Origin: Octopus vulgaris
Lineage: Eukaryota
Reading direction: 5' to 3'
Assembly: GCA_951406725.2 (NCBI GenBank)
Contig: OX597822.1
Span: 75,082,001-75,146,000 of the forward strand
Length of the DNA stretch: 64,000 nucleotides
Below are positions 1 to 12,632 of this stretch, one piece after another. The position numbers and the translations under genes were made by a program. Position 1 is the first letter of the stretch; every line of letters begins with the position of its first letter. Under the pieces are notes generated by a model. It worked only from the letters and a program-made list of their open reading frames with translations. It had not been told where the DNA came from and made no database searches.

Positions 1-65
1 TCGAAACATATGTATTCCAGTTAATTTAGAAAATATAACAGAAAAGTCTAATTCTTCAATTGAAT

Positions 66-95
66 GTAACCGGGCAACGCCGGGTATCTCTGCTA

Positions 96-96
<1 letters not shown>
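66..96 (+). mobile_element. Helitron-like 3' terminus
   Basis: GC-rich hairpin CCGGGCAACGCCGGG followed about 10 nt later by CTAG|T; same motif at 33925 (minus) and 58836. Confidence 0.6.
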
Positions 97-137
<41 letters not shown>

Positions 138-141
138 ATGC

Positions 142-172
<31 letters not shown>

Positions 173-207
173 CATACATATATATATATGTATATATATA
201 TACATAC

Positions 208-286
<79 letters not shown>

Positions 287-730
287 GCCATATAAGGATC
301 CAAGGATCCAAGTGTAGGAATTTTGCAAGCTTCAAGCTGTCAATGGAAGATGTAGAAAACAAAAAGCGGAGTGTACTTTAGGGTCCAATAACAAATTATT
401 GGTGCCAAAAGTTACACACCTTTTCCAAAATAGAAATCACAAGGAAATTTGATAAGCTGAAAGTTTCTGTATAGTTTACGGTTAGCAACTGGAGTTGCTA
501 CAAATGCAGATAAAAGTCCAAATTGAGGGAGTGGAATGGGTCAGCATTATCTGACGAACGCGATGTACGCATGCGCCTCCCCCGCCCGACCTTTCAATGA
601 TAGCTTCCTCTCAGCTCATCTCAGGTTATATATGCTTCTGAACCAGATGATCTTCTGATGTAATTTTACTCAACGAGGCTTACTCAGCTTAGCTAATCAT
701 CAGGCGGAGAATACCTCAATTACATGTAAG

Positions 731-781
<51 letters not shown>

Positions 782-789
782 AAGCTTGC

Positions 790-1320
790 TTCCCAGCCAC
801 ACAGTTCTGCTTCTGCGTTCTGGAGACGGACATGATCCGGGATTTTTTTATGCTTTCGGATGTGATCTGAAAAAGTATCTCCAGGTCAACCCCGGACCAG
901 CCTTCCCTGGCAGTTCTTGTCGCTTCTATCCGTCCCGTCCACGATTACGCATCCCAGAAGCCACCAAATATCTGGTGGGATTCTAGAAATGCGGATTTGA
1001 GCTGTACGTTTTCCCATGTGGTAGCTGTACATGATGACTTTACTGGTTTTACAGTGGGGTTTTGCGAGGGGTTCTGACTTAAACAGCACCGAAATGGTGC
1101 CGTATTGTTTGCTTCTTGCTATGTATTCGATGTCATTTCTGATGCACCTCAACACCGCCTCAATATCAACTTGGGCTACTAAAGCTGCTCTTTTCGTGTC
1201 TGCTGAGATGCATCTGAAAAGCATCATTCTTCTCTGCACTGCTTCAATTGCCTCTGATGGGATTGTCAGATTGCCCCAAGTCTTCTCTTGTTTTATTAGT
1301 CTCTGTGGCTGTGGTAGCAT
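790..1320 (-). pseudogene. LINE ORF1-like remnant
   Basis: Complex-sequence reading frame (EAIEAVQRRMMLFRC...YMGKRTAQIRISRIPPDI) resembling RRM-like ORF1 of L1/Tx1-type LINEs; degraded. Confidence 0.4.
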
Positions 1321-1483
1321 CTGCTCCCTATTTGTAAGATATACGGCAAAGCGTTGTTTGTTCTTCGCTGCTGCGAACGTATTTTTGTTATTTTTATTGC
1401 TATTGTCCTCGTTGTTGTTTTTGTTTTTGTTGTTATTCTTATCGATATTATTGGTATTGGTTTTTTGTTGTTGCTGTTGTCAC

Positions 1484-1985
1484 TTTTTCCAGGAAGTTAG
1501 AAAATCCTTGGAACATTCCATGAAATCCTCTGACTTTCGAGGAAGTTTTCGACCAATTTTCCAGGAAGTTAGAAAAACCTGGGAACATTCCATGAAATAC
1601 TCGGAACTTTCCAGGAAGTTTTGAACCAATTTTCCAGGTAGTTAGAAAATCATCGGAACTTTCCAGGAAGTTTTCGACCAATTTTCCAGGTAGTTAGAAA
1701 ATCCTTGGAACTTCCCATGAAATCCGCGGAACTTTCCATGAAGTTTTCTACCAAGATTCCAGGAAGTTAGAAAATCCATGGAACATTCCATTAAATCCTC
1801 GGAACTTTCCAGGAAGTTTTCAACCAATTTTCCGGGAAGTTAGAAAATCCTCGGAACTTTCCATGAAATCCTCAGAACTTCCCGGAAAGTTTTCGACCAA
1901 TTTTCCAGGTATTTAGAAAATCTTTGGCACTTTTCAGGAAGTTTTCGCCCAATTTTCCTGGAAATTAGAAAATCCTCAGGACTTC
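1484..1985. repeat. Degenerate minisatellite
   Basis: Recurrent modules TTTTCCAGGAAGTTAGAAAATCC / GGAACTTTCCATGAAATCC / AAGTTTTCGACCAA with roughly 20-nt subunit periodicity. Confidence 0.9.
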
Positions 1986-2039
1986 CGATGGCTTTTTTCG
2001 CCGCCTCGATACCCTGCCGTGGTAGTTTGAAAGTAGTAT

Positions 2040-2640
2040 CGATCATTATGCTGAGATCCTTTTCTTCAATAAGATGATGTCTGTGGCCAATAGTCAAGGG
2101 AGAGTTTAGAGGTGAACCTATTGGCAATGGCTGCATTTTGAAGCGTTCAAGTTCAGATTTCATTCTTCCGCCCAATTCCAAGCTCGGTTCAGTGACGATT
2201 GGAGTATGTCGTATTGATTCCTAAGTGAGACAAGTTTGACGTCGTCTGCAAATAGGAGAACTCTTCCATCAAGAAAATCTGGCTGGTCGTTGATATACAG
2301 AAGGAAAAGTATTGGCTCCAGCACCGACCCCTGGGGAACGCCGCTGCATGCATTCGTCTCCGCGGAGAGATCTCCATTTATCTGCACCCAAAAGGTTCGA
2401 TAGCTCAGGAAGGAAGAAATCCACACAAAGTCACCAATGGATGAATCTTGAATGCTCGAAGTTTGCGCAAGAGAAGTCAGTGATCAACGGAGTCAAACGC
2501 CTTTGCGAAGTCCAAAAATATCACGCCCACCAAGTCTTTTCATCCATGGTCCTTGTAATCCATTCTTCAAGGAGAAGATTTGTTAGGCAAGATCTTCAGG
2601 GTAGAAATCCATGCTGCGAGTCGGATATTTCTTTGTACCA
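2040..2640 (-). mobile_element. CR1/L2-group LINE reverse transcriptase fragment
   Basis: Motifs QHGF..RSCLTNL, AFDSVDH, SGVPQGSVLEPILFLLYIND, LLFADDVKL; stops and frameshifts. Confidence 0.9.
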
Positions 2641-3299
2641 TATAGAGATAATTGTATAATGCTTTGGTTGGAAATAGCTGTGGGAATGACCTGAACATTG
2701 TGAATAAAAACAAAGTCGAGTATGCTATTTTCCCCTAATTGGACGGGTAATGATTTGTTGTATGGAAAAGTCTTTTGTTGTATCGAGGAAAGGGTTCATA
2801 TCCCTCTACTTCAGTTGCTTAGTTCCAGGCTGGATATAATCCTCGGACCAGCAAAGATTAGTAAAATTAAAGACCCCTGTTAAAAGCATATTAGCCTGTG
2901 TGCTGGCCTCAGCTAGGGTTAGATTTATGAGCAAAAAAAAAAGCACCTCTGAAGTGATCTTCGTGGTTAACCGTGTCACGATGACGGTAGGTAATGCTTT
3001 TAATATCATTTCCTTTTTATATAAATTAGTCTGAAATTGTCGAATACATTTCTTTGTAAATTAGGTAATTTCGGGGTTGGTCTGAAATCATTTATAGTTA
3101 AATGTTTCCTTTCAAAATCTTTTTTTTTTTATCATTATTAAACTGGACTAGTATTTCGAATGAGCAATAAGTATCAAAGCATTTAACAATGAGCATTAAA
3201 TATCAAAGATGAAAATAAATCATTTTGTTCCTTTGTCAAACTTTGGACCTAACAACCTAAATGAGAAAACCGATATGACAAAGAATTTTTAAAGGGCTT

Positions 3300-4378
3300 T
3301 TATTTTTAGGCTGAGGTCAACCAGTCGAATCCATTCAACCATGTCATCAGTCTTTAGCAACATCAACTTCAAAGAACTTGAGAGAGGTGACAGACTGAGA
3401 GAGGACAAGAACCTTCACACATTTTCAGCATTGCAAGATTTTGGAGTTATTTTTGTCAGAATAGAGCTGTCTTCAAGAATCCAAGTAATGCTATGTATTG
3501 AAGAGTAGCCGTAGATGCTTGTCATGTTGTTGTTCTTGTTGTTTGCTGCTACTTTTGTTGTTGTCACATACTTTTTATTTTGATGCTACTTTGCTTCATA
3601 AATTCCCTTGGGAATTTTAAGCCCAGCTTCATCACTTTTATTTATTTATTTTTGTTCTTTGTTTTTGCTTTGAAACGAAATCTAGCTTCAAGCATCTTAT
3701 AAAGATAATTTTTTAGACACTATTTTCTGAAACTGGTAAAATTATGTAGGGGGCGCAAATTTTGATCTTTGACCACCTGAAAATTCCAAGGAGTGCAGGT
3801 GCACCCGCTGCATCCCCTGTTTCCGGGCCCTTGCATACCAATCTTATTTTTCTCCTCCTCCCCTCCCCCTGTATTGTTGCCCGTAATGGAGAGAAGGGGA
3901 GGGAAGTCTTCACCCGTTCCCTCCGAAAGGGGTGGGGGCGCCACGTCAAAACGGTAGAGGAGTAGGGGCCGAAACCGGACGTGGTTCCTCCTGATGATGT
4001 CTTGAGCTAACTGGATCCTATAAAGGAGCTGTTGCGGTAGCAGACCACGAAATACGGTTGTAATTCCTCCTTGGTAGTAGGGTTTGTTTTGTGTTGTTTT
4101 TTTTTTTCTCAACCTTTTCAAGACGCGCTCCGCCATCTTGTTGAGTTGTATTTGGTCCAGTTAAATTTAACGACCACCGAAATTATTTGGTGGGCCGAAA
4201 ATCACCTCTCTGGGGGCTACACAACTATATAAACCAGCCACAGGTTCCTGGTGTTTCTATTCACAACTTGGAATAAAATAATTATTGAAAAAGGACAGCA
4301 ATCCGGGTGTAAATAAATATTTCTAACTGGACTTACTTGGAGCGTCCGTAAACACGTCCGGTGTGTTCCGCAGCAAAT
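3300..4378 (-). mobile_element. Probable LINE 5' end with ORF1 remnant
   Basis: ATG (MAERVLKR) at 4136 after a GC-richer leader that starts next to an (AAT)n tract; degraded frame. Confidence 0.3.
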
Positions 4379-4642
4379 GTAATAATAATATTAATCATAA
4401 TAATGATTTCATTTATTTGTCACGAGGGGGAAAGATGAGGGGAACAATACAAAGACAGACATAAAGTGTGTAAGTTTACATATAATAATGAAATGATAAA
4501 TTAAAGATATATATAATAATAATAATAACTTAAATAAATGAAATATCAAATGTTTTGGTAGTGACTTTTTGGTCCACCCTGTGTGTGTTATAACGCACTA
4601 AAATCTCGGCCCATGAGTCACTCTGTTGCTTCTGCTATACAT

Positions 4643-4714
<72 letters not shown>

Positions 4715-5714
4715 GTATCTATGTATGCATGTATGTATGTATAATAACTGTAATCACCAACGCTACCACTGACGCTACAACCATTACAGCTGATACAACC
4801 ATACTGTATAATTTCGACCACCATACTCATTATTTCTATCATCGCCCTTTCTAGACTGCATTTCAAATTATTCTGTTACAACATATGCTGGATGAGTTCA
4901 TTCACATACTACCAATACAAGTCTAATTTGTTCACGTCTCCTACTCGTTTCTCCGCTTAAAAGCGCTGATTGCTGTTACATCTCTGACCACACGTCTTTC
5001 CATGGTGATTATATTATTATATTACCTTTCACTCTTCTTTAACCTTTCACATATCTAGTGTCACCCTCATGCAACCTTAACACCTCATTTGAACTGCTTT
5101 TGTGAACAGAGGCCTCGAAAACGTCTGCCAAAGGGGACATCATAAGCTGCTCTCTTTCAATATCAAGTTATCATTACCATTCATATGAAAGAAACCATCT
5201 TTCACAGTCTTCGATATGCATGCATATATGTACATGTACACATGTATATACATAGCTACACATACACATGCATTTATTTTAAGTGCTCATTCACGTTTAT
5301 ACATATACGATTATATAGAAATACACATTTACACATTTGCATATTAAAACACACAGATACACATACACACACACATAGGTATGTATGCATATATACACTT
5401 ATGAACTCATACATATACAAGCGTTAGACACATACACACATGAAATTAGATACATATTGATATGCATACATATATATATATAGATGCGCATATATCAATA
5501 CATACATATGTTTGTTGTCAGTAAACGGAACTCCGTCGGTTTCGACGATGAGAATTCTATGGTTTGATTCACTGAATTAATCTGCTCATTAAATTAGCGT
5601 GTAATTAGTCGAATATTCTTTGGACCTTTGAGCTACAAGTACAACCTATCCTATCGCCTCCCCTGTCCTCACCATGTGTATAGATGAAGATCCTTCTCGA
5701 ATCATACAGATACT

Positions 5715-5936
5715 TGTGGCTGGTTTCCCGGTTTCCGCGACGTGGATATTCCCCCACCTGGACGGGACGTTGGTCTGTCGCAGGATTATTTATCCTTTTT
5801 GCCAGCTGAGTGGACTGGAGCAACGTAAAATGAAGTGGTTTGCTCAAGAACACAACAGGTCGCCCAGACCAGGAATAGAAACCGCAATATTATGATCACG
5901 AGTCCAACACCCTAACCACTAAGCCACGTGCCTCCA
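5715..5936 (-). mobile_element. tRNA-derived SINE, family C
   Basis: Minus strand GGAGGCACGTGGCTTAGTGGTTAGGG (A box) ... GTCCACTCAGCTGGCAAAA; related copies at 7600, 11188 and 11752. Confidence 0.85.
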
Positions 5937-6169
5937 CTATCTTGTGTGTCTACGCGCACCCTTTCTCCTGGTCTTTCCTTTTTACTTTCATTCAACAGAG
6001 CTGCTGGCATTTACCCTCTCTTAACTCCCCCATTTCATTTGAGCGAACTTCAGTCCCAGTAATGCTGGTCTTGTGATTTGCTTTATCATGCCGTAATTTT
6101 TCCAACCTCATACAGCTCTCTTCCACACCAGGCCTCTACTCCTTCCCTTTTCTCATTTCCATTCTTGTG

Positions 6170-6750
6170 TCCGTATTGATAAGGTCACTACTACAGGGTG
6201 CGAGTAGTATTTGAGGACACATTTGATCAGGCGGTTTTCCTGTATCTTGGTGCACACGAAATGGCATCACCTCAGTATATACGACTTGTATCGACTGCTC
6301 ACGTGCACCCCAGTTATGACAGTCAACTCCGATACCTGAAGTTCTTCGGCGATGGCTCTTATTAATTTCCCGGAAAAGGTTGCGTAAGTAGCAATGAAAA
6401 AGCTTTGACAAATAAAAACAAAACAAATGACTTACTATTTAACCAAATTAAACAGATAATCAATTAGTTAGTTGGATATTTAACAAATTGGCTAATTATA
6501 AAGGAGTGGAATTGAATCAGTGACATAATGGCTCTCTCTTGACACAACAAAATCATTAATAATGTTTTGAACTAGTTGAATGAATTTCGGTGTCCTTATC
6601 GTGCTCGAGCGTTTAGAATGTGTTGTTTTCTCTTTGGTACAATTGATACTGCCGCCAAAGACTTCCAGTTACAGCCAAACTTTGGGTGCAAAAGATTTCG
6701 CAGCATTTAGAAAGTTGGCAATTTCTAAATCGCCGTATTCCGCACATATC
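6170..6750 (-). mobile_element. Tc1/mariner (DD37D-like) transposase remnant
   Basis: DLEIANFLNAAKSFAPKV...HSKRSSTIRTPKFIQLVQNII resembles the N-terminal HTH region of DD37D transposases. Confidence 0.55.
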
Positions 6751-6751
6751 T

Positions 6752-7006
6752 CTTTTACTCTTTTACTTGTTTCAGTCATTTGACTGTGGCCATACTGGAT
6801 CAGCGCCTTAAGTCGAGCACATCGACCCCCAGGGACTTATTCTTTGTAAGCCTAGTACTTATTCTATCGGTCTCTTTTGCCGAACCGCTAAGTTACGGGG
6901 ACGTAAACACACCAGCATCGGTTGTCAAGCGATGTTGGGTAGACAAACACAGACAGAGAAACATATACACACATACAAACATGCATGCATACATACATAC
7001 ATACAT

Positions 7007-7056
<50 letters not shown>

Positions 7057-7063
7057 ACACATA

Positions 7064-7099
<36 letters not shown>

Positions 7100-7167
7100 T
7101 GTGAAATTTGATTTAGTATTTCTAAATTGAATTTTTTTCACTGTAAGTTTGGATTTATGTTCCCTCA

Positions 7168-7208
<41 letters not shown>

Positions 7209-7372
7209 CGACGGGCTTCTTTCAGTTTCCGTCTACCAAATCCACTCACAAGGCTTTGGTCGGCCCGAGGCTATAGTAGAAGACACTTGCACAAGGTGCC
7301 ACGCAGTGGGATTGAACCCGGAACAATGTGGTTGGTAAGCAAGCTACTTACCACACAGCCACTCCTACGCCT
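6752..7372 (-). mobile_element. tRNA-derived SINE, family A (CORE-like), with internal microsatellite
   Basis: Near-identical to 31509-31918 in reverse; head AGGCGTAGGAGTGGCTGTGTGGTAAG, tail (GTAAAAGA)n. Confidence 0.9.
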
Positions 7373-7599
7373 ACATAATGATGAACAGCGTTAATCGATT
7401 TTCGAACCTCATTGGGTTCTCAACAGAGGCGTCTGGCAACAATGATTGCATGTTTTTAAATTTCTTTCGTTAGCCTTTTATCTGCCACGGGAGATCTGAA
7501 AGAAAGGAAAATCTTTAAATTGGTTTGAAGAGAGTAATATACTGACGATTAAATGTGCCAAATAACCTTCGCACCTTATAAACGATTGGCACCCCATCG

Positions 7600-7910
7600 G
7601 GTACAACGGCGAGTGTTCCTGTTGAACCGATCAACGGAACAGCCTGATCGTGAAATTAGCGTACAAGTGGCTGAGCACACCACAGACATGTGTATCCTTA
7701 ATGTAGTTTTCAGGGAGATCCAGCATGAAACATAATGGGACAAGACTGGTCCTTTGAATTACAGGTACATCTAATTTTTGCCAGCTGAGTGGACTGGAGT
7801 AGCGTGAAATAAAATGCCTTTCAAGGACACAAAGCACCGCCAGAAATCGAAATCACAACCTTAATATCGTGAAACAAATATCCCTTACCACTGAGCCACG
7901 TGCCTTCACT
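7600..7910 (-). mobile_element. tRNA-derived SINE, family C variant
   Basis: Shares TTTTTGCCAGCTGAGTGGACTGGAG and CCACTGAGCCACGTGCCT with 5715-5936. Confidence 0.8.
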
Positions 7911-8599
7911 TCTCGCACCCTATATTTACCGTTAGAGAGCAGCAATGGTTTCATCAGATTCTAGTGTTTTACAATTTGACGTAGTTTTATTGCCAATCGT
8001 TGCCGCTGTTGGATTTAGCATCATACGCATACAGAAGAGCGAATTACACATATTAAAGATTACTGGAAAGATGTCATATTCAAAGTGAAGACAGTCGTCT
8101 CAAAAGAAATCGCAAAGAAATTACTTTGCACATAAATTTGATCTTTTACAAAAGCTTGGTTTTGGAGTAAAACTCAGCCATGATGCAAAAACATTAAAGC
8201 TTGCAATATATACAGTGGCAGTATGTGACAGTGAAGACAAAATTAATTCAAGTGCTGGAATAGCTTCGTCGCTGACTGCCCGGGTATTGTGTTTTATCGA
8301 TCTGATATTATGATGAAAATGGAACGGCTCCTGAGTGTGTGAGTCGATGATTAGACAGAACGTAATGTGCTTATAAAAATCGCCTCTCAAGCGAAAAGTA
8401 AAGGTATTAATATTTGCTGAAATTAGAATGTGCAATTTTGGGCTGAGAAAGGCTGGTTTCAAACGTTTAAACGATGTATTAATTTGAAAGCATGATGCGT
8501 TGGGCTGCTCCTAACTAACCTCGAAAGCTGAAGAAAACTTTTGCTGAAGAAGGCTACACACCAGAGCAAGTGCGTTCATATGTGTTTCTAATTCAGGTC

Positions 8600-8800
8600 T
8601 AAGTCCAGAAGTTTTGAAAGGAAAGGGCTAGCCGATTACTTTGATTCCAGTACTTCGTTGAAACCTCATTTAATCGACCCCAGAACGATGAAAAGCAAAG
8701 TTGGTCTCCGCAGGATTTGAATTCAGAGCGTAAGGAGCCGAAGGAAATACTACAAAGCATTTTGCTCGCCGCTTAAACGATCTTGCCACTTTACCATCTT
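8600..8800 (-). mobile_element. SINE family B, diverged
   Basis: ATCGACCCC..GATGAAAAGCAAAGT..GATTTGAA, reverse of the family B core. Confidence 0.7.
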
Positions 8801-9516
8801 AAGATGAGTTTATAAACAGCGCAGTTCCTGCACCAAGAGATCGTGTCCCATAAGCGTCAAATAACTTTGGATAAGCGTATCACTGCTGTAACAGATGCTG
8901 ATGATGACGATCTACAAACCAGAAATCCTCTTCTTTCCCACTGTAATTTCCATTGCACCAGCTTCTGTCACACAGCCGTCGGCATCTTTTGTGCTTTATA
9001 TAGACACAGCTACCATATTATTGCTTCGAACGGTTGGGTTAAAACGGGTTTCTTCCAACCAGGCTAAAATAAATCCAATTACAGCAATCTTCTGAGATTA
9101 AATCAATCACTCCGCCCCATATGCTATGTTTAAGAGGTCTAATAAGTTCAGAACATTTCTGGATTTGTTGTTATAACAACCAGATATCATATCGCAATTT
9201 AGTTCTTATTTAATTTAAGTTTCGGATTTTCTTCCCTTGCTTATTTTCGCGAGAATTGCCATTAGTGCCAACGACGGGCATAACTTCAATTTATTAAATT
9301 TAGTTATGGTTATATAGAGTATTTTATGCATACTTGATTATGTATTTTTTTTTATGCAGAGAGCTAACTTGAGAAAGTTTCTTCTATACATACATACATA
9401 CATACATACATACATACATACATACATACACATATATGTGATATATGGGTTTATTTATAAAATGTATATGCAAAGAATATATGTATAAATTTGCGTTTAG
9501 ATATATATATGATATA

Positions 9517-9551
<35 letters not shown>

Positions 9552-9612
9552 TAGATAGATAGATATAGATACACACACACACATATATATATATATAGAT
9601 AGATAGATATAG

Positions 9613-9690
<78 letters not shown>

Positions 9691-10003
9691 CGTATCTAAA
9701 TGCATACATACATATGTGTACATACATATACAAATGGATACATATAGCCAGCCATCAACTCTCTCATATCTCATTAAAAAATCCAATGAAGATACAACAG
9801 ACCACTTCCATATTTTGTCAGATTTGTTAAAGCCATGAATCATTTATGAGTATCAATATGGTGTAGCAATCTCGTTGGCGTCTGAAACCTGCGAATATTT
9901 AATCGCCATCTTAGTTTCACATTCTGCGTACACACATATGTATACGTAACTATACATCCACGCGCACACACTCAAGCACTCGGACACATATGCCTATATG
10001 TAG

Positions 10004-10193
10004 GGGCAGGCTTAGCTGTGATAAGAAGCTTACTTCCCAACTACATGGTTCCGGGTTCAATTCCACAGCGTGGTACCTTGGAGAAGTGTCTTCTACTATA
10101 GCTTCAGGCCCATCAAAGCTTTGTGACTGGATTTGGTAGACAGAAACTGAAAACCAGTCGTATATATATTTAAATATAAATATAAATATAAAT

Positions 10194-10248
<55 letters not shown>

Positions 10249-10518
10249 TAAATAAATATATATGTGTGTGTGTGTATGTATATATATATATATCTGTGTG
10301 TGTGCCTTTGTATCTGTGTTTGTCTTCCCATCACCGCTTGACAATCGGCGTCGGTATGTTTACATTCCTCTAACTTAGCGGTTCAGCAAAAGAGTCCGAT
10401 AGAATAAGTACTAGACTTTATAAAATAAGTCTTGGGGTCGATTTGTTCGACGAAAACCGTTCAAAGTGGTGCCCCAGCAGGGCTGCAGTCAAATGACTAA
10501 AACAAGTAAAAGAATAAA
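10004..10518 (+). mobile_element. SINE family A
   Basis: Head, internal TA/TG microsatellite and tail match the family consensus. Confidence 0.9.
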
Positions 10519-11187
10519 CTAATATATATATATCATCATAAACTTTGCGCAGGCCTTTGAGCAGGTATCATCAAGCTTTTAGCATAATTTGATGCAGATT
10601 CTCAGCTCAACTTTGTCTGTCATGGTCAATGCGACGATCACACGCTACACACCTTCCTTCCAAGCACGGCTGTAAACAGTGGATGTGAGCTAGAACGTTA
10701 ACACTTAGTGCGCATGCACAATAGAGTTCAAGGTCAACTGTGCCAAGCGGCTTCACTCTGCGTGCTTTAGCTTCATTACTATAACAACAGTCCGGATACT
10801 TATTGATCAGACCACGTACACAAACACGCATGCGTACTGAACAACGCACAAGCGTTCTGCTTCCTTATCTTGTTTCCTTTACTAATTTCTTTCTTACACT
10901 AATTTCTTTTCTAATTTCTTTCTGTCACTCTTTCCTTTTTTTGTTTTTCAGAGTACAGTACACTATGCACGATTTTTATTTTAATCTTCTTAAATTTACG
11001 TTTTGTTCACCATCTTTGGAATATTCCTGTACCTGCTTTAATCTCTCACGCTGTCCAGTTGTCCGTCACTTATTCTCCTCGTTCTATTTGTGCTATTACA
11101 TTGTACGTCACTCACTTCCTTCATTAAAATCAACGTTTCCTGAACAGGCGCGCGGTGTATCACACGTGGGGTGTCAAAGTGATCGCT

Positions 11188-11305
11188 GAACAACGTGAAA
11201 TGAAGTGTTGTGCTCAAGAAAACACTGCTCTAGTCGGTCCGGCAATTGAAATGATGATCTCACGACCGTGAGTGCAGCACCCTAACCACTGGGCCATATG
11301 CCCTC
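11188..11305 (-). mobile_element. SINE family C head fragment
   Basis: CAACGTGAAATGAAGTG..GCTCAAGAA..CACCCTAACCACT. Confidence 0.75.
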
Positions 11306-11315
11306 ACACACACAT

Positions 11316-11393
<78 letters not shown>

Positions 11394-11751
11394 CGCAAAT
11401 CACTTCCTGGATACTTTGCCAGGATTCGAAACGTAATGTATATTTTTCTACAACTTCCTTCCTATTGTTTCCGATATTAGCACTTAGAAATTTATGAGGG
11501 TCAACTGTCAAAGTTAAGTTTTATCGCTTTAAGGACGTTCTTGGGTTAAATGCAGTTCAGCAGAGATAAACCCATTTACCTCTCATTATTCTCCGACCTA
11601 CATACAGCTTTCCAACATGTATAAATACAGTACCCAAACTCATTTCTTTCGCACGCTGGCTGTCCACACCTGTGCTTCAGTGATGTCTGTCACCGTGGAG
11701 CTATACAACTCTTACTCTCTCTGCTTATCAACATAAAATATAAATAAATGC

Positions 11752-11985
11752 GCCCTTTTAAAGCCTAGCCAGGCTCATGGGCCCGGTTTCCCGGTTTCAA
11801 TGGTGTATGTGTTCTCCAGGTGGACGGGACGCCAGTCTATCGCAAAGATACTCATTTTTGCCAGCTGAGTAACGTGAAATGAAGTGTTTCGCTCAAGAAC
11901 ACAACGCGTCGCTCGGTCCAGGAATCGAAACCACAATCTTACGACCACGATGCTAACACCTTAACCACTAAGCCGCGCGCCTCCA
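11752..11985 (-). mobile_element. SINE family C
   Basis: Matches 5715-5936. Confidence 0.85.
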
Positions 11986-12280
11986 CCTTGTCAACATAGA
12001 GAGGTTAATTCTTTTATACTTTCTCTCTCTCTCCTTCTTCCATCAAGTCTCCTAGCAGTCAACAAAAGATGAACTTAACAAAATGAATAAAAGAAGTGTA
12101 ACAGCAAGTCGAAGGAGTTGTTTCTGACGATAAAAGAAGCCCAGACCAACTATTATTTTTTCTTCTAGTCATTTATTTTGTGTATATATAATCACTACAC
12201 ACGCGTATGTGTGCGTGCGTTTGTATGTGTGTGTGTGTATGTACGTGTATGCACGTGCGCGCGTGTGGTCGTATATATAT

Positions 12281-12632
12281 ATAAAAGTAAACATAAATGG
12301 CGTTTAAAATTTACGACAGCTGTTTCGGTAGAATTTTTATTTATGCAGTTACAGAAGATTACATCGTAACATGTAATTTACCACCAGCAGGTAAAATTTT
12401 AAACAGGTTAGATTAGATTTCTTACATTTAGTTGGATATTGTAGATATGTACATACCAACTGCAACGCCATTTAGATTTGTCCGGGTTGATGTAAAAAAT
12501 CTCAACTGTTTAATATCTTACCTGATGATGGTGGATTATATGTTATGATGTTAATCTTCTATGAATGCATTAAATAAAATTCTATAAAAACAACGGTCGT
12601 AAATTTTAAATGACATTTCGGTTTAGTTTCAT
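12281..12632. mobile_element. Inverted-repeat element with hammerhead motifs in both arms (PLE pseudo-LTR-like)
   Basis: Imperfect inverted arms about 12281-12430 and 12488-12632; CTGATGA at 12522; GAAACAGCTGTC on the minus strand of the left arm. Confidence 0.75.

Noticed and set aside
1484-1985. CRISPR-like array
   Set aside because: No unique spacers, degenerate units, eukaryotic context and no cas genes
8030-9100. Complex sequence that might be transposase or host exon remnants
   Set aside because: No motif or splice pattern that I can recognise with confidence
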